Source of the DNA: a virus
Lineage: Duplodnaviria > Caudoviricetes
Direction: 5' to 3' (one strand)
Length of the DNA stretch: 64,000 nucleotides
IMG/VR virus record: IMGVR_UViG_3300048861_000178
Span: 251,191-315,190 of that record
Of the stretch, positions 29,714-38,938 are shown in pieces. How positions within the stretch are numbered: position 1 is the first letter of the stretch; each line of letters starts with the position of its first letter. Position numbers and translations under genes: made by a program. The notes beneath the pieces were generated by a model, which did not search any database, had not been told where the DNA came from, and was given only the letters and a program-made list of their open reading frames with translations.

Positions 29714-30126
29714 GGCGATGCGCTTGGCCCGTTGATTCGGACCGATGATTTGGCCATGCGCAGACTCTTAGTCCCATACCAGCCGAACCGCGCATCAGGC
29801 GCAGGGGGTGCATCAGGGATTAAGAGATCTTTTACATTCCGTGAGCAATGGCCTGCCACCACCGGTGAGCAGGAGGCAATAAGTGCGACAGTTTTCAAGG
29901 GAGTACCTGAAGCTTCTGTTCCAAGGTCCATGGACTGTTGGAAAGATCGCATTAGGACCTAACTCTTGGCTCGCATCTTGAGATGTCCAGACCGCCTCAG
30001 TTCCGACCGCAACAATCCCACAGTCTGTTTTACGGGTCGCTGTTTGGGTGAGCACCGGACGAGGCGAGTCCCTTTTATGCCTTCCAGTAGGAGGGTGCAA
30101 AAGGGACTGATTATTTTTTTATGCCG
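29711..30126 (+). ncRNA. Candidate structured non-coding RNA A
   Basis: No credible ORF; nested helices found by eye (29711-17/29993-99, 29765-75/29816-26, 29852-56/29869-73, 30067-76/30099-108); ends in T run plus TATGCCG. Confidence 0.45.
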
Positions 30127-30185
30127 CAGTTACACAAATAGTCAAAACAAACGTAGCCGCTGGATACTGTGTATAAGGAGCCGCC

Positions 30186-30593
30186 ATGAACCTCTTAACC
30201 GTCGAACCTAGGGCGCTATTGATCCAGGAGATCCATGACTTCCTGAGCGTCTTAAAGGGCGCTACGAGGGCTGTTGCGAGTCAGCTGGTCTTCTCCGGAT
30301 TAAGCGAAGAGCGCTTGATCGAATGGATCGTGAAAGAACAGATAGAGCAAGTGTATCATTTGTTCTCTGTGAACCACGATCCGCGGGATTGGCGCTTTGC
30401 TCGACTGCATGACCAGATCCGCTCACAGTTGGATCTGGATTACTACACGGGCCAGTACATTAAGGTGCCGCAGTTGTACGGGGATAACTGCTTCATCGAT
30501 TTAGAAATCCGCGGGATTGATCTGTACTTGTGGTACTACATCCACAATCGTCCCGCCAATACGAACTACGACTACCAAAGAAAATGGAACTGA
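30186..30593 (+). CDS. Paralog-array protein 1
   Basis: AAGGAG RBS; N-terminal LLIQEIHDFL, C-terminal DLEIRGIDLYL. Confidence 0.75.
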   Translation: MNLLTVEPRALLIQEIHDFLSVLKGATRAVASQLVFSGLSEERLIEWIVKEQIEQVYHLFSVNHDPRDWRFARLHDQIRSQLDLDYYTGQYIKVPQLYGDNCFIDLEIRGIDLYLWYYIHNRPANTNYDYQRKWN

Positions 30594-31393
30594 AAATCAC
30601 TGGAACGCTGGTGCTGGATCTGGGAGACTGGGTCGATGCGGTGGAAGCTGCCGCAGGTCCCTACATGTTGCCCAATCCGCAAGGGTTGTACCTGCCGACT
30701 CAGTGTGAGCCGGTGATGATCGCAGGGCAGCCGTATTTCTACGCAGGCGAAGCGGTCAAGAGCGTCGCGGTGCCGATTCCGATCACCTCGTTCGAATTGC
30801 CGTTGCGCGATGAGGTGTTCGATGCGGAAGCCAATCTCGTGGTGCCTAAAGTCCACTTGCCGTATCTGAAGCCGCAATCACGCTATTCGCTGCGTGCCCG
30901 GAACCTCCTCGTCGAGCTGATTGACCACATGGTGATCAACCATGCAAAGTGGTCCAGTCAGGGTCGAATTCGTCGTGGCCACAAGAAGCTGAATTTTGAT
31001 GCAGTGATCCGGCCGTTTTTGCTCGAGCAGTTTCAGCGCTCAGGCATCACGATCGATTCGGTGTTCCAGTATCCGAAAGATCCCACTGATCCCAAATTCA
31101 CCTGGGGTGAGACTGGCAACATCGTCGCGCTTGAACACGAACCGACTGATGATCTGGGGCGGTCGCGGATCACGGAACAGGACAAGCAACTTTTTTACGC
31201 CGCTCAGGAGATCTGTGAGAGCATCACGCTGCAGCTTAGCGACATGCTACATCAGTTGACAGACTTCTTGGGACAAGATCGCTGGATCATGCACTTCATG
31301 AAAGTGGATAACACGACGGTGCGGGTGGAAAAGACCATCGACTATCGGATCTACTCGTGGATGATGGAGCACGGGCGCGATTTTGAAGATTAA
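30584..31393 (+). CDS. Paralog-array protein 2 (long form, 269 aa)
   Basis: ATG overlaps the previous gene end; N-terminal LVLDLGDW, C-terminal MHFMKVDNTTVRV. Confidence 0.75.
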   Translation: MELKITGTLVLDLGDWVDAVEAAAGPYMLPNPQGLYLPTQCEPVMIAGQPYFYAGEAVKSVAVPIPITSFELPLRDEVFDAEANLVVPKVHLPYLKPQSRYSLRARNLLVELIDHMVINHAKWSSQGRIRRGHKKLNFDAVIRPFLLEQFQRSGITIDSVFQYPKDPTDPKFTWGETGNIVALEHEPTDDLGRSRITEQDKQLFYAAQEICESITLQLSDMLHQLTDFLGQDRWIMHFMKVDNTTVRVEKTIDYRIYSWMMEHGRDFED

Positions 31394-31418
31394 CAGAGCG
31401 CGTGTCGGGGATGAGTAG

Positions 31419-31862
31419 ATGAGAAGCAGTACGGTGATTTCGCTGCTGGATGTGGGCATGTTCGTGCAACGCGAGCTGGCTCTGTATCAAGCACGCAAGC
31501 GTAACCCACGCAATCCGGAAGCAGCACTTGATCCGAACTGGAGAAGCTACGACAGTGGCCCGCTCCTGGAAGCGTTGCTCAAGGACGTGTTTGATAACAC
31601 CTGTGAAGAGCATCCTTCTGAGTACCTGGTCACAGCGAAAGCCCTGTTGCAGAATTCGGGCATGAACCATAACGCTGCGCACCAGTTGTGTAACCGTGCG
31701 TTTGACATGATTGTCGATTACATCGGCGCTGTGTTGCCGCACTTGAAGTTAAGCGATACATCCACAGAGGCGTACGCTGATCTCACGGGCACATGGGACG
31801 TGGTGGTCACAGAGTTTCGTGCCCGCCCAGTCGATCCCGTGTACGAGCCCGTGAGACTGTAG
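31419..31862 (+). CDS. Paralog-array protein 3
   Basis: 147 aa; C-terminal YADLTGTWDVVV. Confidence 0.7.
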   Translation: MRSSTVISLLDVGMFVQRELALYQARKRNPRNPEAALDPNWRSYDSGPLLEALLKDVFDNTCEEHPSEYLVTAKALLQNSGMNHNAAHQLCNRAFDMIVDYIGAVLPHLKLSDTSTEAYADLTGTWDVVVTEFRARPVDPVYEPVRL

Positions 31863-31900
31863 GTAACAGGTCATTACAATCGAAACAAGGAATAGCAACC

Positions 31901-32386
31901 ATGTCCGTTTTCATATTGCCCACGTGTGATCTGATCACGGAATCCATGGTGTACGATGAGTTGTTCAAACTCTTTCTGAGAGGCGGGGTGCATTCCGTCG
32001 TGAAGAATGCAGTGTTGGGCACGTCGTTTCAAGAAACCTCGCCGTACACTGAGTACCAGCGCTCGCTGCAACATCACCACAGTGAGCTGGTGGATTTCGT
32101 GTTGAAGAAGTTTGACAGTTACGTTAACCGGCGCCATGAACAGTTCGATGAGCGCACGGGCCGTATTAAACATACGACCGTGGACTTAAGCGAATACATG
32201 AGCCGGGTGGGTGAGCTCGAGATGATCACGCAGTCCATTGAAGAGCAAGTGCTGCTCATCATGCAAGATCTCTTTAGCAGCCGACCTTACCACATCGACG
32301 ACCAAAGTCCGCGCTGGATCGGTCGAGATCTGGTGGTGGGCATTGAGGTCCTCACCAACAATTGGGGAAAACGCCGTGTATACTGA
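31901..32386 (+). CDS. Paralog-array protein 4
   Basis: AAACAAGGA RBS; FILPTCDL ... PYHI..RWIGRDLVV. Confidence 0.75.
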   Translation: MSVFILPTCDLITESMVYDELFKLFLRGGVHSVVKNAVLGTSFQETSPYTEYQRSLQHHHSELVDFVLKKFDSYVNRRHEQFDERTGRIKHTTVDLSEYMSRVGELEMITQSIEEQVLLIMQDLFSSRPYHIDDQSPRWIGRDLVVGIEVLTNNWGKRRVY

Positions 32387-32831
32387 AAACCTATTGATCG
32401 ACTTCACGCAAGAGATCCATGGGTTTCTGCGCGTGGCGACCCAGCCTTTTCGTCCGCCCTTTGATTTGAACGAAGTGCTGGCGAGCGTGTTCTCGGCAAT
32501 TAGCGTGTATGATTGTGCAGAGTCTGAGCTCACGGAAGTGGCGATCGTACTGGCGTACGACTGTGGCTACCAGGAGTTCCGCATCGAGGAAGCCGATATT
32601 CCCCGCGGTCCTCATCGCGACATGTTTGAAGCGGTGATGAAGATGGGGCTCGCCATGCGAGATCGGTTGCGCTTTGAATACAACGCTTATCTGCCGCCTG
32701 ACGGCTATTTTCCCTATCATTTTGCGGAGGTCCACAGTGACCATCTTGTCCGGTTTGCCAAGGCCGATTTTGAGGAGTTCGGTCCACAGCCAGCCCCCTT
32801 CGACCTTTTTGGTTCTGGATACCGACTCTGA
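32376..32831 (+). CDS. Paralog-array protein 5
   Basis: GTG overlapping the previous gene end; LLIDFTQEIHGFL ... GYFPYHFAEVHSDHLV. Confidence 0.7.
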   Translation: MYTENLLIDFTQEIHGFLRVATQPFRPPFDLNEVLASVFSAISVYDCAESELTEVAIVLAYDCGYQEFRIEEADIPRGPHRDMFEAVMKMGLAMRDRLRFEYNAYLPPDGYFPYHFAEVHSDHLVRFAKADFEEFGPQPAPFDLFGSGYRL

Positions 32832-33219
32832 CATGGCGGCGCTGCTGTGGAAGGCGCGCGAGTTGGATTCGTTGATTGCTACCGCCACGAGCCCCATCAT
32901 GGTGGTGGACAAGTTTCCCCACACTGTAATGGACATGGTTGCGCAGATCGTAATGGAGTCGATCCATTACGAGAAGCAGGCGCTGCATGAGCTGAACTTT
33001 GCCTGTGTGGATCTGTTTCACGAGCAACTCGGCACCGGTAGCGAATCGTCCTACACGCGCTTAGCTGGTCTCATCAACGCGTTTGGTGAGTCGGTGCTTC
33101 ACAAGCTGCGGGCGATGCGCGCCTACCAGAACGGCTACCTGTATTATCAGTTCCACGACTGGCTCGGCCGTGATATGGTGCTGCGACACCTGCATACCGA
33201 CCATATCCCTAACCTGTGA
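32674..33219 (+). CDS. Paralog-array protein 6 (true start uncertain, possibly 32809 or 32833)
   Basis: FLVLDTDSDM ... AYQNGYLYYQFHDWLGRDMVL. Confidence 0.65.
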   Translation: MNTTLICRLTAIFPIILRRSTVTILSGLPRPILRSSVHSQPPSTFLVLDTDSDMAALLWKARELDSLIATATSPIMVVDKFPHTVMDMVAQIVMESIHYEKQALHELNFACVDLFHEQLGTGSESSYTRLAGLINAFGESVLHKLRAMRAYQNGYLYYQFHDWLGRDMVLRHLHTDHIPNL

Positions 33220-33226
33220 ATTGACC

Positions 33227-33628
33227 ATGGCAAACGAGCATTACAGCAGACTCATGATCTTTGAGACCGCGGATCTCTGGGCGCAGTTTCTGTTTGAAGT
33301 GCAAGGTTTGCCTATTCACTTCAACGATAAGCGCGAAATCCTCACGCAGATCTTCGAAGTGTTTCTGGACTATTCAGCAAACGGTCCCGCCCGACTTGAG
33401 GCGTTGCCCATTACCAATCGTATAGTAGACCCGGTTTATGAAAACACGGCGTCTAGCGAGTATCAGCGATTGCGGGCAGCGGTTCAAAATCTGGCACAGA
33501 GTGTGTACGCGCGTCTCGAGGGATTGCGTGGGCTACGTACAGGAGCGGCCGGTAGCGGCTACGGCTTCCCGTACTACGTCCACCAGTTTCTCGGTGACGA
33601 CGTGATTTTGGATCACCTGCCCTTCTGA
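33227..33628 (+). CDS. Paralog-array protein 7
   Basis: LMIFETADLW ... GFPYYVHQFLGDDVIL. Confidence 0.75.
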   Translation: MANEHYSRLMIFETADLWAQFLFEVQGLPIHFNDKREILTQIFEVFLDYSANGPARLEALPITNRIVDPVYENTASSEYQRLRAAVQNLAQSVYARLEGLRGLRTGAAGSGYGFPYYVHQFLGDDVILDHLPF

Positions 33629-33662
33629 TCTTTTTTTTTTGTTCATTTGGGCACGGGAAACC

Positions 33663-34064
33663 ATGGCTTACAATTTTGCTATCGGGCAGACGTACTCGTT
33701 TAACGTCTATCCGCCTCTGCTGGGCAGCGACTGGCAGAACGTCAAGGTCACCTCGGTGATGTCGTACGAAGACGCGATGAAGGACGAGGACGTCACGTCC
33801 TTGCACGTGCAGTTCTACCCGTTCTTCGGCCCGCAAACCAACACACCGAACGATCCGGCTGCGTACCTGTACATCAAGGTCAAGACGCAAAACGGCAACA
33901 CGCAGATGTTGGGCGTGGCATGGATCGACGACTCGTCAGTCACGCTCGTCACCGCGCAGACCATCACGGCGACCATTGCCCAGGTGACCCCGCAGGACAT
34001 TCCGAAGGTTCAGGCTATTTTGGCTGCCAACGGTTACAACTTCGTTACGGTGGCGATCCAATAA
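33663..34064 (+). CDS. Conserved small protein upstream of DNA polymerase (phiKZ gp49-like by position)
   Basis: 133 aa, IGQTYSFNVYP..LG..W pattern, strong codon bias. Confidence 0.6.
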   Translation: MAYNFAIGQTYSFNVYPPLLGSDWQNVKVTSVMSYEDAMKDEDVTSLHVQFYPFFGPQTNTPNDPAAYLYIKVKTQNGNTQMLGVAWIDDSSVTLVTAQTITATIAQVTPQDIPKVQAILAANGYNFVTVAIQ

Positions 34065-34104
34065 GCCAGGGTTTACCCTAGTTAATTTATATCGCCCATC
34101 CGTA

Positions 34105-34575
34105 ATGTTCTGAAGAGAAAGGCCCGGCAAGCCTGTACCCTCATCGACATCAGGCCTCCTCCTGACTGGTGCCGGTAAGGACTCTCGCGCGAGCCCTCCC
34201 GCGGGCTACCGCGCCGTATGCCTAGACGCGGGGCTGGCTTATTCACGCTGCTGGGGTTTCCTCCTTGTTTCCCCTGGCACCAGCGTTTCCTCGTACATCG
34301 ATCCTACTCCTATCGCTGCTCTGCGCCTCCGCAAGCGCTCTTTGGCGAATATAGGAGTCTCCTGTGGAAGTTGGTCGATCGCGTGGATTAAGAGTAAGCT
34401 GGCCCCTGTCTACCTCGATTTTGGTTGAAGTGGTAGTGGTAGTAGAGTCTCTGTGGCTCCGAATCGCTCGGGCATGTTCAGTGACTGGTTTTCCTTTTCG
34501 GTACTTGTAACGACCTGTATTTAGGCGAGGTGGCGGCCCGAAACCGCTCCTCGCCCTTTTTTCCTTTTTATGCCG
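34105..34575 (+). ncRNA. Candidate structured non-coding RNA B with anti-Shine-Dalgarno loops
   Basis: ~570-nt ORF-free gap with four hairpins capped by CCUCC-type loops and a plus-strand terminator; the 5' end is a guess. Confidence 0.55.
34523..34575 (+). terminator. Intrinsic terminator with T runs and TATGCCG
   Basis: GGCGAGG.GGCGG-loop-CCGCT.CCTCGCC then TTTTTTCCTTTTTATGCCG. Confidence 0.75.
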
Positions 34576-34631
34576 TCGATTCGTTTTTATTGGGCTCCTT
34601 GATCATGTAGGTCGACAAGGAGTAAAACAAA

Positions 34632-36761
34632 GTGTCAGAAGCGAACAACCCATTTGTACTGGCGCCTTCCCAGTACAAGCGCGATCTAAACGTACTGGGC
34701 TATTATGTCCAGGATTGCGCGACCTATTTGCATCAAATGACGGGGGCACCGATCGAGGACTGCACCACCTTTGTGAAAACAGAGATGCGTCCTGGCGGAC
34801 AGTTCGAATTCAAGGACCCGAAGATCGTCTACCTGGAGCGCCAGGAAAACGGGGATCGTGTCCAGATGGAAGGCACGCTGCAAGCCTACCTGAATGATTC
34901 GATCCGTAACAAAGAACTCATTGCCCCGACGCTTACCACGTATTTGCACCCCGATGTGAAGCAGTCACCGCTCGTCGACTACATCGAGGGCAACGTGAAG
35001 GCACGGGGGGTGGCGAAGAAGGCCAAGTTCAAGGCGGAAATGGAAGGTGACATCGTCCTGATGCAGATCAAGGACAATGAGCAGACCAATAAGAAGCTGG
35101 CGAATAACTCGATCTCGGGTGCGCACGTCAGTCCTTCGACGCCGCTGTACAACAAGACCGCCCACTCGACGCTCACCTCGAACTGTCGTTCGACCTCGGG
35201 CTTTGGTAATGCGAATAACGAGAAGTTTCTCTCGGGCAATCGTCATTACTGGTCGATCGAGATCTGCATGCAGAATATCATCTCGATTATCAACCACACG
35301 GACTATGCAGCGCAAGCTGCGGCGATGCGCAAGTTTGGCATTCGTCATCCGTCGGTCGATGAGACGATGGAATGCATCATGTACTCGACCAACTTCTATG
35401 TGCGCGACAAGTTCAAGATGAAGAAGGTGTATGACCTGGTGAAGACGCTCTCGCCTGAGCAGCGTTCTGCCTTTGTCTACACCGGGGACTTGTACCACCT
35501 GATGCGCTTCAATGACGAGGTGGTGCGTACCTTCATCACCAAGTTGTCGATGATGGTGGAAGTGCCGCATCCGGAGCCCGATAGCATCTTGAAGACGGTG
35601 CAAGAAGAGCACGTGCACCTGGCAGCGCAAATCTGTGAGCGCTACACCAAAGGCTTGCAGATGCATGAAATCGTGGGTGAGGCTCGTGGTATTCTCGCCT
35701 CAACGGCCAAGAACATCGGCGACGTGGGCGAAGAGTATCGGGATCTGATCGCGGCTTTCTGGGTGACGACCAATGTCCCGGCCTCGCTTGCGTTCTTCCC
35801 GGATTCGATTCGTCGTTCGGCGATTACGTCGGATACGGACTCGACCATCTTTACCGTGCAAGACTGGGTGCTCTGGCATCAGGGCTGGCTCGGTTTTGAT
35901 GAGAAGTGTAATGCGGTCGCGGCCTCGATGGTGTACCTGGCGGCACAGACCATCATTCACGTGTTGGCGCGCATGAGTGCGAACTTTGGGATTGTGGAGA
36001 AGTACATTCACAAAGTCGCCATGAAGAACGAATTCAAGTTCGACGTGTTTGTCGCCACCCAGGTGGCCAAGCACTACTTCGCCTTGATTGGCTGCCAGGA
36101 AGGCAACCTCTTCAAGGAGTACAAGAAGGAAATCAAGGGCGTGCACTTGAAGGCGTCGAATGCGCCACGCTTTGTGATTAAAGAAGCCGAGAAGATGATG
36201 CTCTTTATCATGAACTCGGTGCTAAAGGGCGAGAAGATCAAGATTCACGATATCCTGAAAACGATTGCTGACATCGAGCGCCAGATCTTTACGGCGATTG
36301 GCGAAGGCGGTTATCAGTTCTTCCGGATGGGTCAGATCAAAACGCCCGATTCGTACGCGAAGTCGGCGGAAGAATCGCCGTATCAGCAGTACGTGATGTG
36401 GAACGAGGTATTTGGTCCCAAGTACGGTATCGCCCCCCCTGTACCGTACACGTGTGTCAAGATTGCCACCGAGCTGGACACACCGACCAAGACCCGTGAG
36501 TGGTTGGAATCGCTTGAGGATCGTGAACTGGCAGGTCGTATGGAAGCGTACATGAAGCGAATGGGTAAGCGCTATGTGGGCTCCGTGCAATTGCCGGAAC
36601 AGAATCTCCAGACCAAGGGGATTCCGACTGAGATCCTCCAGGTGGCCGGGGTGCGTAAGATCGTTGCGGATGCTACGCGCGTGTTTTACATTATCCTCGA
36701 AACGTTGGGCATTTATTTGTCCAATGACAAGCTCACGCGGCTGGTGAGCGACTCGCACTAA
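34632..36761 (+). CDS. Family-B DNA polymerase, polymerase-domain subunit (phiKZ gp50-like)
   Basis: Motif B KKLANNSISG, motif C SDTDS, KHY and KGVHLK; no exonuclease domain, consistent with the split polymerase of this phage group. Confidence 0.88.
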   Translation: MSEANNPFVLAPSQYKRDLNVLGYYVQDCATYLHQMTGAPIEDCTTFVKTEMRPGGQFEFKDPKIVYLERQENGDRVQMEGTLQAYLNDSIRNKELIAPTLTTYLHPDVKQSPLVDYIEGNVKARGVAKKAKFKAEMEGDIVLMQIKDNEQTNKKLANNSISGAHVSPSTPLYNKTAHSTLTSNCRSTSGFGNANNEKFLSGNRHYWSIEICMQNIISIINHTDYAAQAAAMRKFGIRHPSVDETMECIMYSTNFYVRDKFKMKKVYDLVKTLSPEQRSAFVYTGDLYHLMRFNDEVVRTFITKLSMMVEVPHPEPDSILKTVQEEHVHLAAQICERYTKGLQMHEIVGEARGILASTAKNIGDVGEEYRDLIAAFWVTTNVPASLAFFPDSIRRSAITSDTDSTIFTVQDWVLWHQGWLGFDEKCNAVAASMVYLAAQTIIHVLARMSANFGIVEKYIHKVAMKNEFKFDVFVATQVAKHYFALIGCQEGNLFKEYKKEIKGVHLKASNAPRFVIKEAEKMMLFIMNSVLKGEKIKIHDILKTIADIERQIFTAIGEGGYQFFRMGQIKTPDSYAKSAEESPYQQYVMWNEVFGPKYGIAPPVPYTCVKIATELDTPTKTREWLESLEDRELAGRMEAYMKRMGKRYVGSVQLPEQNLQTKGIPTEILQVAGVRKIVADATRVFYIILETLGIYLSNDKLTRLVSDSH

Positions 36762-36996
36762 GTTGTAGGCTGGACATTCACGTCAGCTTAGTGTAGTCAC
36801 CCCTTACCCTTATTGAGCTGAACGGGCGAGCGCTCCTCTCACTGTGAATTGGAGAGGGGCGCAAAAGATCACTGACCGCGTCCTGTACCGGGCGAGGTTG
36901 GTGATCGACCCCATATGCCGTTAAATAGTGCATCGTTATGAGTGGGGTTTCGGGCCACTCTAGAAAAGGAAACAATACGCTACTTTTGGGGTTATA

Positions 36997-37278
36997 ATGT
37001 CCGCAACACAGTTGGAGACCAGTCACATCGCCATCATGGTGAAAATGGTCGAGGAAGGTCCTTTGCATAAAGACGAGGTCGAGGACAAACTCGCCGTAAA
37101 CACCCTGGTACGCGACGGGTACCTGTCCAAAATCGTTTACGCAGGCGATGATGGATTTATCGCCGCCACCTACTCAGGACAGCAGTTGTATTGCAAGAAG
37201 ATTGTGGGCGTGGACGTTTTGCGTTTGGCAGTTCAAGAGCGCAAGAGGCGCGGGGTCATTACTCGGTGTACGAAGTAG
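36997..37278 (+). CDS. Hypothetical protein, possible winged helix
   Basis: 93 aa; LVRDGYL....ATYSGQQL pattern. Confidence 0.55.
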   Translation: MSATQLETSHIAIMVKMVEEGPLHKDEVEDKLAVNTLVRDGYLSKIVYAGDDGFIAATYSGQQLYCKKIVGVDVLRLAVQERKRRGVITRCTK

Positions 37279-37287
37279 ACGTTTCGG

Positions 37288-37327
37288 CGTCATAGCGCCC
37301 GAGGGTTTCCCCTCGGGCCTTATGCCG
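37288..37327. terminator. Bidirectional hairpin with CGTCATA / TATGCCG flanks
   Basis: GCCCGAGGG-TTTC-CCCTCGGGC between convergent genes. Confidence 0.7.
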
Positions 37328-38464
37328 TTATTGCGGCGTTGCCATCGCGGTGCCCCCGCGTTGACGAATCTTCTCTACCAGCTCGTCGATTTCCGTATTG
37401 ACGTCGTATAACACGTCGCCCGTGAGCACACTCGAGAAGTAAGCGCCGGAGCGATACTGGCGCACCGCCTGCATCAGGATATTCAACTGTTGCTGGTTGC
37501 GGATATTTGCCCCGCCCTGGTTACCACCTTCAGTGAGATCCACCATCACATCCAGCGCCGGAAAACGTGACAGGGCCAAGGCCCACTCCACTTGCCGGGT
37601 AGGGGCCATCTCCGGAATCGCCAGCGCCTCATCCAGATTGTCTTTGCTCACGCACGGAATGCTGCGCAACACCCCGGTAAAGTCCTGTCCCACGGCTTGC
37701 AGATTCGTGAGGACGGTGGTGTGCACTGCGTTGAGCTTCTGGCTAAAGTCCGTGATGTAGAAGGAATGGGGTTTGCCTTCACCCATCGGTGCGCCATGCA
37801 GCAGATTCCAGATCCGGTTCAGGATCACGTAGTCCAGATGCGTGTAAAGCATATTGGGCAGTACGTGCATGTGGACAAACTGTTGGATGGTGCGACCTGG
37901 CTCCCCAGTGCGAGCCGTATAGGCGTCTTCCTGCAAGCGAAACGCCCGGTACTGCACCGCCAGCATCGGGATATTGATCGCAATCACGGCGATGCCTTCT
38001 TCCGAACCCGTCTTCTTCCCATCGGGGAGATTGAGCATCAGATCACTACGCGGATGCCGCAGTACCCGGATCGCTTGTACGTGCTCCCAGTTGCGAGTGG
38101 CGTCGACAGGATCGAACTCCGCATTTTCCGCAATCAAGACTTCGGTGCAACCTGGCCCATAGAACACCCCGGAAAACACATGGCCCTTGGAAATCGACGA
38201 AGTCATTTTTAACGCCATGCCAAGATTCAATGACAGTGCGTCCACGATTGCGTAATACCGATCGAGGCTCAGGGCCTTAGGTGTGCTGATGGACTGCAGC
38301 AAACGAATCAGAAAGTGTTCCGATTCGACGGCCATGGAATGCGTGTGGTAGAACTCCACGACCTTTTTGAGGTTGTGTTTGAGTCCCTCTTTGGCGTAAT
38401 GCCAATTTGCTGCATACATGGTGGGCAGATTCACACCGGGCAACAAATTAAAAAGGCCGTGCAT
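37328..38464 (-). CDS. Conserved jumbo-phage protein (phiKZ gp52-like by position)
   Basis: 378 aa on the opposite strand between DNA polymerase and chimallin. Confidence 0.6.
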   Translation of the reverse strand: MHGLFNLLPGVNLPTMYAANWHYAKEGLKHNLKKVVEFYHTHSMAVESEHFLIRLLQSISTPKALSLDRYYAIVDALSLNLGMALKMTSSISKGHVFSGVFYGPGCTEVLIAENAEFDPVDATRNWEHVQAIRVLRHPRSDLMLNLPDGKKTGSEEGIAVIAINIPMLAVQYRAFRLQEDAYTARTGEPGRTIQQFVHMHVLPNMLYTHLDYVILNRIWNLLHGAPMGEGKPHSFYITDFSQKLNAVHTTVLTNLQAVGQDFTGVLRSIPCVSKDNLDEALAIPEMAPTRQVEWALALSRFPALDVMVDLTEGGNQGGANIRNQQQLNILMQAVRQYRSGAYFSSVLTGDVLYDVNTEIDELVEKIRQRGGTAMATPQ

Positions 38465-38683
38465 AGAAACGTCCTATATTAGTCAGATAAGCATACGATG
38501 AGGCCAGCCGATGTTCGGGGTAAACGTTGTTAAACGCACGACGATCAAGAATCCCGTGCGCATTCGTAATACCAATGCAAGCGGAAATTCGCAGCGTGTG
38601 AGCGGATACCGTCGGGGTGCATTGGATCGCCAGATTGCTGCTCAAGCCGCCTTGCGGCGTTGGGTATTTGAAGGAATCGTGGA

Positions 38684-38938
38684 ATGACTGCCGTCGTCGA
38701 TGATGAGGACCTGCATGCGATTCGTCATGCGGTCACAGGCCAGCAGAAGATTCTCCTGGTGAACGTGGGACCCAGCGCGACCGTCACCAAAGCCATCGTC
38801 GAAGTCCTCGCTAACAGTTCCTATATCTGTGTTGAAACCGAAGGCGTGCCGAAGAGTAACATCTTCGAGACTCAATACAGTCGTCAGCGCGAGTGGTGGA
38901 ACACCCCCAAGAAAGAACGTCGGAGAAAACGCAAATGA
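38684..38938 (+). CDS. Small protein with WW and basic tail
   Basis: AAGGA RBS; ends EWWNTPKKERRRKRK. Confidence 0.65.
   Translation: MTAVVDDEDLHAIRHAVTGQQKILLVNVGPSATVTKAIVEVLANSSYICVETEGVPKSNIFETQYSRQREWWNTPKKERRRKRK

Noticed and set aside
29711-34575. tRNA, tmRNA or RNase P identity for the two structured gaps
   Set aside because: No cloverleaf with T-loop and CCA end, and no RNase P GAGGAAAGUCC-type motif seen by eye; an Rfam scan is still needed.
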